From Welwitschia mirabilis (lineage: Eukaryota), in contig JBOZIK010000001.1 of assembly GCA_051453625.1 (NCBI GenBank), forward strand, positions 4,801,250-4,838,686: 37,437 nt of DNA, in the 5' to 3' direction. The notes beneath the pieces were generated by a model. It was not told where the DNA came from. It searched no databases and saw nothing but the letters and a program-made list of their open reading frames with translations. How positions within the stretch are numbered: position 1 is the stretch's first letter; each line of letters opens with the position of its first letter. Below, one piece after another: positions 1-11,164 of this stretch. The position numbers and the translations under genes were made by a program.

Positions 1-115
1 TTTTGAAATTTTCTCTTGTATCTTCAAAATCCTTAGAATTATACTAAAGCCTATACAAAATTCCTACAAACAACTCATAAAACCCATTTAATAATTGTAA
101 ATTAGTAGTGCAACA
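1..115 (-). repeat. Start (U3 end) of the 3' LTR of Athila-like unit 1; continues beyond the window edge
   Basis: Aligns with ~7031-7147. On the minus strand it begins TGTTGCAC at 115, directly after a PPT. Its reverse complement also aligns with the LTR start at 27442. Confidence 0.85.
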
Positions 116-132
116 TAGCCCCCCACTTAGCC
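116..132 (-). other. Polypurine tract, unit 1
   Basis: Minus strand reads GGCTAAGTGGGGGGCTA then TG, matching the AAGTGTGGGGG-type PPT of Athila-like elements. The same motif occurs at 7148-7164 and 27423-27441. Confidence 0.8.
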
Positions 133-533
133 TTTATTAGTCCTTGGTAAAAATCAAGCGGAAAAACCATAATTATGAGCTAATTTATTTTCTAAAAGAT
201 AATCTAGAAATCATAATAACAGGCCCATAAAAACACATCACATAGATAAATGATAAGTAATGCACAATGTGTATGAAAAAAATTGAAAATTTATGTCATA
301 AAAGTTTTAAAAATTTTGAAAATGAACCATGCAAATGATCTCTGCCTCCCCAAAAGAAAAAGCAATACATCTCGTATTGGCAAATAAAGCAAAGAATGTA
401 AACAGGAGTGGGAAAGAAGAAAATGGAAATGAGAACAAATTTTAAAACAAAGTGCAATGTTGAGAAATGTTAAATTTAAAAATATATAGAGCTATGAAAT
501 ATTTTGACAAGTAAAAAAAAAGAGTGGACAAAA

Positions 534-1113
534 AGTATTTTATCATAAAAAAAATATGAGCAGCATTTTTCAACACCAAAAACCTGAAAAATAACACAAA
601 TCTAAATAAGAAATTACCTTTTATTAAAAACTTAAATAAGGAAAATATGCTTTAAAAATTATGGTAATGACTTTAAAATAACTAACCAAAACCACAAAAG
701 AAAAACAAGAAGGATGGACATAAGATAACATAAAAAGATAGCTCATCAATCTAACATTTTAACCTAGTAATTTNNNNNNNNNNNNNNNNNNNNNNNNNNN
801 NNNNNNNNNNNNNNNNNNNNNNNNNNNNNNNNNNNNNNNNNNNNNNNNNNNNNNNNNNNNNNNNNNNNNNNNNAAAGTATTTTATCATAAAAAGAATATG
901 AGCAGCATTTTTCAATACCAAAAATCTAAAAGATAACACAAATATAAATAAGAAATTACATTTTATTGAAAAATTAAATAGGGAAAATATGCTTTAAAAA
1001 TATGGTAATGACTTTAAAATAACTAACCAAAACCACAAAAGAAAAATAAGAAGGATGGGCATAAGATAACATAAATTGAGCTCTCATCAATCTAACATTT
1101 TAACCTAGAAATT
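534..1113. repeat. Gap-flanking direct duplication (534-773 vs 874-1113), probable assembly artefact
   Basis: The same ~240 bp occurs either side of a 100-N gap but only once in the homologous unit-2 region (7563-7805). Confidence 0.8.
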
Positions 1114-3205
1114 TTTAATAAAATTAATCATAACATCATTTGATGTAAAAAATGCATGACTTAATGTATAAAAATTCCATTTAGTAAGGTAGTGATTATG
1201 ATGATGCTAGAGTAAAATGATTTAAACAATGAATTATCAAATCAAAAAATTGCTAAAAAATAAACTCTTCTGTCATCATTTCAAAACAAACACCAAAATC
1301 TTAAGAAATAAAATGATCATGTGGAAAGACTAAGAGTCTAAGAAATAAGCAATGCCTCTGATGATTCTAAGAACATCACTGATTCCATAGCCTTCAAGTT
1401 TTAAATACAGCTTTATTACCCATGATGAGAGAAGTGCAACCACTGTCAGAGAAGTCAGAACCTATGAAGCATAGCCAACTAACCTCCCAGTGGAGTTTTC
1501 ACATCTACCATATTATACCTAGTGTACTTGTGATAGGACATCATAGTGACCATATTTTTGAGATATAAATATAAAAAATCATGGTCTTTATTTACTTCTT
1601 TTTTTTTTTTAAAGTAAAACAACATTTCACATGACCAAACACTCCAAAAGACAAAGGTGAAAGTCAAAAGACTAGGATAGAAAAGAACACTCTTAAACAA
1701 TCCAAGAGCCTTTCACCATTGAGAAAAGCATAAAAAATAAAGCATATTCATTTAATTAAATTTTATGGATGTGTGAATGTTCTAAGATTAAATGAATCTA
1801 ATCTTACCACTAAAATTCCCAAGTCAAAAAGACTAGTCATATAATTAAATACATAAGTTAAGCTTGAAAAANNNNNNNNNNNNNNNNNNNNNNNNNNNNN
1901 NNNNNNNNNNNNNNNNNNNNNNNNNNNNNNNNNNNNNNNNNNNNNNNNNNNNNNNNNNNNNNNNNNNNNNNTGTTCTAAGATTAAATGAATCTAATCTTA
2001 CCACTAAAATGTCCAAGTCAAAAAGACTACTCATATAATCAAATACATAAGTTAAGCTTGAAAAATGATCAAGTAATGCCATAATAATCTTTTAAAGGAA
2101 AACGTTAAGAGAAAATTTAGATGGGTTTCTTGTGAATTTCTAATTTTTATCCATTTGCTTCTTGCAATTCTTAAGTAATCAAGTTATAAATCTCAATAGA
2201 GCCATAAAAATATATTTTCTTAAAATAACAAAAAACAAGAATCAATAGTTTATTGAATGACATCTTTCTCATTATCCAGATGAAAGAGAGGACAACATAC
2301 ATAGGAAAAAGAAATAGAACATAGAAAATTAATGAAAAAACTAGAAAAAGTGACTATCATCCACCTTATTATGAGGACAATAGATGAGACAAGCAATTAT
2401 TTTTGCAAAAGTAGAAAATCGAAAACTACAAATAAAAACAAAAAAAAAACAGAAAAATAAAAATAGAGACTCTGAAAATAGAAAACTAAAAAGAAAAAAA
2501 TAAAGAAAAAAAACTTTTATTTAAATATTATAGTTAAAGCACACTTTTATAAAAAAGAAAGAAAATAAAATCAAGGATCTGCTATGGNNNNNNNNNNNNN
2601 NNNNNNNNNNNNNNNNNNNNNNNNNNNNNNNNNNNNNNNNNNNNNNNNNNNNNNNNNNNNNNNNNNNNNNNNNNNNNNNNNNNNNNNNNNNNNNNNNNNN
2701 NNNNNNNNNNNNNNNNNNNNNNNNNNNNNNNNNNNNNNNNNNNNNNNNNNNNNNNNNNNNNNNNNNNNNNNNNNNNNNNNNNNNNNNNNNNNNNNNNNNN
2801 NNNNNNNNNNNNNNNNNNNNNNNNNNNNNNNNNNNNNNNNNNNNNNNNNNNNNNNNNNNNNNNNNNNNNNNNNNNNNNNNNNNNNNNNNNNNNNNNNNNN
2901 NNNNNNNNNNNNNNNNNNNNNNNNNNNNNNNNNNNNNNNNNNNNNNNNNNNNNNNNNNNNNNNNNNNNNNNNNNNNNNNNNNNNNNNNNNNNNNNNNNNN
3001 NNNNNNNNNNNNNNNNNNNNNNNNNNNNNNNNNNNNNNNNNNNNNNNNNNNNNNNNNNNNNNNNNNNNNNNNNNNNNNNNNNNNNNNNNNNNNNNNNNNN
3101 NNNNNNNNNNNNNNNNNNNNNNNNNNNNNNNNNNNNNNNNNNNNNNNNNNNNNNNNNNNNNNNNNNNNNNNNNNNNNNNNNNNNNNNNNNNNNNNNNNNN
3201 NNNNN

Positions 3206-5340
3206 ATGTTATGCTCAACTTCTATAATAATCACATCAATGGGGTAGCAAGCCTCTTCAATTTGTATTATCAAATCTTTAATGATATCTAATAGTTTTCT
3301 AACTAATGTATCTACTAATTCTAGGATAAAAGAGATAGGCTCTATTCTATCTTCTAAACTAAGCCTCTTACAAATGTAAAGTGATATAAGGTTAACACTC
3401 ACTCCCATGTCAATCAATGCTTTTCTTATCTTTTTTTCTCCCTCTATTATAACATTTATCATTGCTACTCTTGAATCTTTAAAATTTGGTGATTATTGTA
3501 ATACTAAGTTTGTAAGGGATTGGCCAATAAAGATCTTACTAAGAATAACTCAATTTTGTTTTCTTCTTATCAAGTCTTGTCATAGTTTTGCATACCCCAA
3601 ATTTTCTTGTAAAACTTTTCAAAATGGAAAGTTTATGATTACATTTTTCATCAAGACTTTTAAATGATCATTAAAAGTTGAATTATTATTGAACTTATTA
3701 AGCCAAGGGATAGAAATACTTTTTTTCCCTTCTTACCAAGAGAAGGAAAGTTGTAATCATCTAAAATATGAATGTCCTCTTCCTCTTCTTCTTCATTATT
3801 TTTGGAGGTAAATGGTTCACATGAAGGAGGATTTGTTTCTTATCCACTTCTTGTCACAACCTTACAATCTCTTCTTAGTTTATTTGGGTTTGGTAAAGGT
3901 TGTATACATAAAATGCTTTGAGGTCTTTGATTTGCCAACATTGTTTGTTAAAGGATGTTCATCATGTTCTTCATGTTGGTATTTGTTTTTTTAAGGTTGG
4001 CATTTTATTTTCTAATTTCATCCACAAGGTTTGTTAGTGGATCATTTGGATCTTGGTATTTGGATGGTCTTGGTTAGGAGTTTAAATTTTTGAACCATTT
4101 TTTAAAAGGTTGAGAGTTATTTTGAAAATAATGGTTTAACCTATGTTGTGCTTGATGGAAGTTTTGAGATGGTTGGTTAAAAGTAAAAACTTCTTCTTGA
4201 ATTCTCTCTTTGTAAGTTTTAAAAGAGGATAATTTTTAGTAACATGATAGTAATCCTTATATAAATCCAAGGTTTGCATAGAATTTCTTTTAATTGCATT
4301 TTTAGCATCTAAAATCATTTTTGTATACTTCTCCAAGGTTGTTTTAAATTCCCTCATAGGATTTATAGGGTTTTCTTTTACCTCTTTTTGCTTTACCTAT
4401 TTTAACTCCTTGATAAGTTGGTCTATCATTTGATTTTATTTAGGTATTAACCACATTTTACTTACCTCCACAAGTTCTTCTAATTTTTTCTAGGAATCAT
4501 CTATTATAAGGCTCATGAGGTTTCCATCACAAGAGAAATCTACAAGTTGTTTTGTATAGGGAGTCAATCCACTATAGAAATGGTCTATTTTTTCTTATGG
4601 CAAAAAGGCATCTACTAAGTTCGAGTAGATTACTACAAAGAAATGCTCATATGTGGAGGCATAGTCTTCATTTTGTCTTTGTTGAAAATTTATTACCTCT
4701 TTTCTTCTTTTTCTTATAGTTTTTTCACTCATAANNNNNNNNNNNNNNNNNNNNNNNNNNNNNNNNNNNNNNNNNNNNNNNNNNNNNNNNNNNNNNNNNN
4801 NNNNNNNNNNNNNNNNNNNNNNNNNNNNNNNNNNTCTAATTTTTTTTAGGAATCATCTATTATACGGTTCATAAGGTTTCCATCACAAGAGAAATCTACA
4901 AGTTGTTTTGTATGGGGAGTTAATCCACTATAGAAATGATCTATTTTTCCTTATGACAAAAAGGCATATACTAAGTTTGAGTAGACTGCTATAAAGAAAT
5001 GCTCATATCTGGAGGCATAGTCTTCATTTTGTTTTTGTTGAAAATTTATTACCTCTTTTCTTCTTTTTCTTATAGTTTTTTCACTTATAAATCATTTTAC
5101 AAAAGTTTTCCAAACTTGATCCCATGTTTTTAGGCTTTTGTAGAGTAAAGTTTTTAGCCAAAGTTTTGCCCTACCTTTTAAAATCATGGGAAAGATCACC
5201 ATATATGTTTTATTTGTTATTAGGTCAAAACATGTTTGAATTTCATGTTTCTTATTGGCTAATAATTCTCTAAAGGTGAGGTTGGAATTAGGGGTAGAAT
5301 ATCCTACTACTTGTTTTTACTTTAGGAAGGAACTCAATAT
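3206..5340 (-). pseudogene. Decayed gag-aspartic protease polyprotein, unit 1
   Basis: Protease KALIDMGVSVNLISLYICKRLSL...LELVD...YPIDVIIIE matches the gypsy ALxDLGASVNLM...LQLAD...FPVDF pattern. Gag motifs IFPMILKGRAKLWLK...TWDQV and FYSGLTP are present. The start is mutated ATG>ATA at 5340, with many stops and frameshifts. Confidence 0.85.
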
Positions 5341-6090
5341 TGTGATTTAGTTATTTCCTTCTATAAGTGTTTTGTTAATGAAATCAGATTAAAAAAAAAT
5401 AAATTCAAAAGGAGGATTAAGTGCACCTAGAGATTTGTTTTTGATCTTTTTCTATTTTTATCAGTCTTTCTTTGATATTGTTCTTTATTAGCTATTTTTC
5501 TTTGAGATATTTCTTCTCCAAATCAACCATATCACAACATCCTGCAAACAAAAAATAACAGAAAATAAATCAAAGAATAACAAACTTCATCTTATCTGTG
5601 ATATGACTGATAGAAGAGATGATGCATATANNNNNNNNNNNNNNNNNNNNNNNNNNNNNNNNNNNNNNNNNNNNNNNNNNNNNNNNNNNNNNNNNNNNNN
5701 NNNNNNNNNNNNNNNNNNNNNNNNNNNNNNATAGAAAATAGAAAAAATAAAAAATAGAATCGAAAATAAAATAGAAAATAGAAAATACAAAAAAGGCCTA
5801 TCATCCACCTTATTGTCTGAACATCATAGAAGACAACATAACTAATTTATTGTAGAAAAAATCAAAATCTGAAAATAAAAAAATGAAAACAAAAATAACA
5901 CACTGTTATCTTGACTGTCATGGGGATGATAGAGGAGACAACCATACTTTTTTATAGAAAATTAAAATATGAAAATCTAAAACTAAAACATAGTACATTA
6001 AAAACCTAAAGATCCTAGTAAAATACAATGTTAATAGAAAAATAATTGATATATCTAAATGATGAAAACATTTATACTCCTCGATAGCTT

Positions 6091-6108
6091 TCCTCAGCAA
6101 TGATGCCA
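6091..6108 (-). other. Primer binding site, tRNA-Asp type (degenerate)
   Basis: Minus strand TGGCATCATTGCTGAGGA vs Athila-type TGGCGCCGTTGCCGGGGA: 13/18 match, all mismatches C>T or G>A. It lies 3 nt after the LTR-terminal CA. Confidence 0.8.
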
Positions 6109-6111
6109 ATT

Positions 6112-7147
6112 TGTTATAGTGTGTATTTATGCACATTTTTATATTCAAACAGATATTATAATTAATAATTAAAATTGATATTATACACAATACATTACAC
6201 TAGTATAATGAAAGTAACCCAAATGTCATATCTTATTGAAGTCTACCTATACGAGACTCAGGTTACTTTTTCAATTAAATAGGAACCAGAAATAATGAAT
6301 AATAATGCAAGAAAATAAACTATCATGAAAAGTGCAATATGCAATCTAAACTAACATGCAATGCAAATAACCCTAACCCTATTTTCTTTTCAGCCTTAAC
6401 AAAGAGTGCCCTTGATAATCTATATCACCCAAGAAATTATCATGAGATCTTGAGAAACATTAGACTATAAGGGACATAAGAAATCCTATAATGCAAACAT
6501 AAAATAAAACTAAGATTTATATTAAAATGATAATAATATCTAGGTTATAAAATAGCTGAGTCTCAATGGAAGATACTTAGACCTCCATTAAGTGCTCTTC
6601 TATCACGAGAATCTCTAGTGCATCAAAGATGGGAAGGAGAGTCGAGGAGGGAAGGGGGGATGGGAAGGGGTCTTATTTATAAAAGAATATAATAAAAAAG
6701 GACAGACAGAAGGTGCAGTTACGTGTATTCATTAAGGGCTTAGAAATGGATGAAATGGTTAAGAGTATTTATCAATGATAGTTACATGTTAGCATTACTC
6801 ATGCTTTTGTTTGAATGACATGAGGGATGATAAAACATTACAAAATATCTTAAAAGTGATGACTCAGTAGTCTATGTACGTAATCCTCGTCCTACCTATT
6901 GTGTGGATGATAGAGGGAATGGTAGCCTTCTTTAATGATTTTGTTATAGAGAAACTTAATAATCTTGTCATAAAAATCTCTATTTTTTGGAAAGTGCCTT
7001 TAATGTATTAAATTTGGAAAATAACTGCACTTTTCTGGGATTTTCTCTTATATCTCTAAAATCCTCAAAATTGCACTAAAACCTATATAAAGTCCTACAA
7101 AATAACTCATAAAACCCATCAAATAACTATAAATTAGCAGCATAGCA
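6112..7147 (-). repeat. Complete ~1.04 kb LTR shared by unit 1 (as 5' LTR) and unit 2 (as 3' LTR)
   Basis: TG at 6112 and CA at 7146-7147, with a PBS on the left and a PPT on the right. Roughly 85% identical by eye to 14444-15349. Confidence 0.9.
6674..6681 (-). promoter_or_regulatory. LTR TATA box
   Basis: Minus strand TATAAATA followed by a pyrimidine-rich tract. Positionally conserved at 15027-15034 (-), 21056-21063 (+) and 36960-36968 (-). Confidence 0.6.
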
Positions 7148-7164
7148 TAGCTCTCCACTTAGTC
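7148..7164 (-). other. Polypurine tract, unit 2
   Basis: Minus strand GACTAAGTGGAGAGCTA then TG, homologous to 116-132. Confidence 0.75.
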
Positions 7165-9106
7165 TTTGTTAGTCTTTGATAAAAACTAGGTAGAAAAACC
7201 ATAATTTTGAGCTAATTTATTTTTCAAAAGATAATTTGGAAATCATAATAACAGCCCCATAAAAACACATCATATAGATAAATAACAAGTAATGCATCAT
7301 GTGTATTAAAAAATTTGAAAATTTATGTCATAAAAGTTTTAAAAATTTTAAAAATGATCCATGCAAATGGGTATCTACCCCCCAAAAGAAAAAGCAATAT
7401 GTCCTGTAGTAACAAATAAAGCAAAGAAGGTAAATGGGAGTGGGAAGACAGAAAATAGAAATGAGAACAAATTTTAAAACAAAGTGTAAAGCTAAATAAT
7501 ATCAGATTTGAAAAATATATAGAGATATTAAATATTCTAACAAGTAGAGAAAAGAGTGGACAAAAAGTATTTCACTATAAAAAGAATATAAGCAGTGCTT
7601 TTCAACACTAAAAATCTGAAAAATAATACAAATCTAAACAAGAAATTATCTTTTATTGAAAACTTAAATAAGGAAAATATGATAAGAAAATATGGTAATG
7701 AATTTGAAATAACTAATCAAAATCATAAAAGAAAAACAAGAAGGATGGGCATAAGATAACATAAAAATATAGCTCATCAGTCTAACATTTTAACCTAGCA
7801 ATTTCCAATTAAAGTAATCATAACATCACTTAATGTGAAAAATGCATGACTTAATGTACAAAAATTCCATTCAATAAAGTAGTGATTATAATAATGCTAG
7901 ATTAAAATTCTTTAAACAATGAATGATCAAATCAAAGAATTACTCAAAAATAAACTCTCCTATCATCATCTCAAAATAAACANNNNNNNNNNNNNNNNNN
8001 NNNNNNNNNNNNNNNNNNNNNNNNNNNNNNNNNNNNNNNNNNNGCCACTGATGATACCAAGAACACCACTAATTCCATAGTCTCAAAGTTTTAAATACAA
8101 ATTAATTACCCATGATGAGGGAAGTGCAACCATTGTCAGAGAAGTAAGAACTTGTAAAGCATGGCTAACTAACCTCCTAGTGGAGTTCCCACAGCTATCA
8201 TATTACACTACCAAAGGCTCTTCTTAGAAATATTTGCTCTAGTGTACTTGTAGTAGGACATCATGGTGATCATGTTTTTGAGATAGAAATATAAAGCATC
8301 ATGGCCTTTGTTCACTCCTTTTTTTTTAAAAGTAAAGTAACATTCCACATGACCAAATACTCCAAAAGACAAAGGTGAAAATCAAAAGATTAGGATAGAA
8401 AAGGATACTCTTAAATAATCTAAGATCTTTTCATCATTGAGAAAAGCATTAAAAAAAAAGCATATTCCTTTAATTAAAGTTCATGAACATGTGAATGTTC
8501 TAAGATTGGGTGAATCAAATCTTATCATTGAAATGCCCAAGTCAAAAAGACTAGTTATGGAAATAAATACATAAGTTAGGTTTGAAAGATGATCAAGTAA
8601 TACCATAATAATCTTTTAAAAGAAAAAGCTAAGAGAAAATTCAAATGGATTGCTCATGAATTTCTAATTTTTATCCATTTTCTTCCTGTAATTATCAAGT
8701 AGTTAAGTTAAAAATCTCGATAGATCCATAGAAATGTATTTTCTTAAAATAACAGAAAACAAGAATTAATAGTTTATTGAATGTCATCCTACTCGTCATC
8801 TAGACAACAAAGAGGATAACATTCATAGGAAAAAGAAATAAAACATAGAAAATTAATTAAAAAACTAGAAAAAGTAACTATCATTCNNNNNNNNNNNNNN
8901 NNNNNNNNNNNNNNNNNNNNNNNNNNNNNNNNNNNNNNNNNNNNNNNNNNNNNNNNNNNNNNNNNNNNNNNNNNNNNNNNNNNNNNNNNNNNNNNNNNNN
9001 NNNNNNNNNNNNNNNNNNNNNNNNNNNNNNNNNNNNNNNNNNNNNNNNNNNNNNNNNNNNNNNNNNNNNNNNNNNNNNNNNNNNNNNNNNNNNNNNNNNN
9101 NNNNNN

Positions 9107-10942
9107 CTATGGTCTCAATTTTTTCAGAGAAGTAAAGTCCAAACCAAAAATTAACCAATTGATAAAACATAAGAGATGTGTAATTATTTTCATGTAAAAC
9201 CAATTGGATGAAAAGAGGAGTAATGGATAGTACTTTATGATGCCAAATCAAAGAAAAAATTTTGGAAGTGAAAGGGGTAAGAAATGAAAACTTGGATAAA
9301 ATGTTTTTATGAAATGCAAGAGTTTTACTTTTAAGTTTATTAAAAATATTTTTCTTTTCAAATTTAAATTATGATTTTTAATTTTTGAATTATGAATTTG
9401 ACAATCTTCCTTATGCTTTTTATTGAAAAGTTGAACTTCCTTACCCCCAAAAGATTTCTTTTCTTCTTCATTCTTAAGTTGATCATCATAAAAAATATTA
9501 TTATTTGGTTTCATCTCTCCCTTTTCAAGTGGATAATGTTGTAAAAATAAAGTAGGTTTAACATTCTCATCAATGTTCATATCATCATCATCCAAATCTT
9601 TCTCAACTATATCAAAGACTCTAAATTTCAAAATGACATTTCATTGTTCCTTTTCTTGTATCAATAATGCAATGGACTATTACACAAAAGGCTCTACCTA
9701 GAAGTAAAGGATATCCTGTGTTATACTTAACTTCTATAATAATTACATCAATAGAGTAGCAAGCCTCTTCAATTTNNNNNNNNNNNNNNNNNNNNNNNNN
9801 NNNNNNNNNNNNNNNNNNNNNNNNNNNNNNNNNNNNNNNNNNNNNNNNNNNNNNNNNNNNNNNNNNNNNNNNNNNAAATTTAAATTATGATTTTTAATTT
9901 TTGGATCATGAATTTGACAATATTCTTTATGATTTTTATTAAAAAGTTGGACTTCCTTACCCCCAAAATATTTCTTTTTTCCTTCATTCTTAAGTTGATC
10001 ATCATAAAGGATATTCTTATTTGGTTTCATCTCTCCCTTTTCAAGTGGGTGATGTTGTAAAAATAAAGTAGATTTAACATTCTCATCAATGTTCATATCA
10101 TCATCACCCAAATCTTTCTCAACTACATTAAAGACTCTAATTATGAAATTTCTATTTTTAAAATCACATTTCATTGTTTCTTTTTTTGTATCAATGATGT
10201 AGTGGGCTATTGCACAAAAGGCTCTACCTAGAAGTAAAGGATATCCTGTGTTATAGTCAACTTCTATAATAATCACATCAATAGAGTAGCAAGCCTATTC
10301 AATTTGTTTTTCTTAAAANNNNNNNNNNNNNNNNNNNNNNNNNNNNNNNNNNNNNNNNNNNNNNNNNNNNNNNNNNNNNNNNNNNNNNNNNNNNNNNNNN
10401 NNNNNNNNNNNNNNNNNNNNNNNNNNNNNNNNNNNNNNNNNNNNNNNNNNNNNNNNNNNNNNNNNNNNNNNNNNNNNNNNNNNNNNNNNNNNNNNNNNNN
10501 NNNNNNNNNNNNNNNNNNNNNNNNNNNNNNNNNNNNNNNNNNNNNNNNNNNNNNNNNNNNNNNNNNNNNNNNNNNNNNNNNNNNNNNNNNNNNNNNNNNN
10601 NNNNNNNNNNNNNNNNNNNNNNNNNNNNNNNNNNNNNNNNNNNNNNNNNNNNNNNNNNNNNNNNNNNNNNNNNNNNNNNNNNNNNNNNNNNNNNNNNNNN
10701 NNNNNNNACTTAACTTATATAATAATTACATCAATAGAGTAGCAAGCCTCTTCAATTTATTTTTGTTGAAAATTTGTTACTTCTTTTCTTTTTTTCTTAT
10801 AGTTTTTTTACTCATAAATCTTTCTACAAAGGTTTCCCAAACTTGATCCCATGTTTTTAGGCTTTTATGGAGTAAAATTTTTAGCCAAAGTTTTGCCCTA
10901 CCTTTTAAAGTCATGGGAAAGATCACCATATATATTTTGTCT
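9107..10942 (-). pseudogene. Deleted gag::protease-C-terminus fusion plus C-terminal tail (assembled as overlapping fragments)
   Basis: ORF fragments IFPMTLKGRAKLWLKILLHKSLKTWDQVWETF (gag), YPLLLGRAFCAIAHYIIDTK (protease end, PLILGRPFL-like) and ...LMFYQLVNFWFGLYFSEKI (tail). Confidence 0.75.
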
Positions 10943-11164
10943 NNNNNNNNNNNNNNNNNNNNNNNNNNNNNNNNNNNNNNNNNNNNNNNNNNNNNNNNNN
11001 NNNNNNNNNNNNNNNNNNNNNNNNNNNNNNNNNNNNNNNNNNTATCAACGCAAAAAAAAAAAAAAAAAAAAAGCAAGGAAAGCAAATTTTATTTACTTCC
11101 TAAATATAGAGCACACTTTTATTGGGAAGAGAGGAGGAAAAATTAAAGATCTATTTTTGTCTTA

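Larger units (their letters stand above)
1..7147 (-). mobile_element. Non-autonomous Ty3/gypsy Athila-like LTR retrotransposon, unit 1 (LTR-PBS-gag-AP-long 3'UTR-PPT-LTR)
   Basis: LTRs at 6112-7147 and 1-115, PBS at 6091-6108, PPT at 116-132, decayed gag and protease at 3206-5340. No RT/RH/INT motifs are visible, and the 618-N gap after the protease is too short to hold them if its size is right. Confidence 0.85.
7148..10942 (-). mobile_element. Internal region of Athila-like unit 2 (internally deleted derivative; 5' part lost in a gap)
   Basis: 7148-8886 is colinear with 116-2360. 9107-10318 holds the protease C-terminus and downstream tail. 10749-10942 is the gag N-terminal part joined directly to the middle of the protease. 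Confidence 0.75.

Noticed and set aside
6368..6381. TAACCCTAACCCTA telomere-like/telo-box motif (also AAACCCTA at 37016-37023)
   Set aside because: Only one or two units, not positionally conserved in the sister LTRs, and likely by chance in AT-rich DNA.
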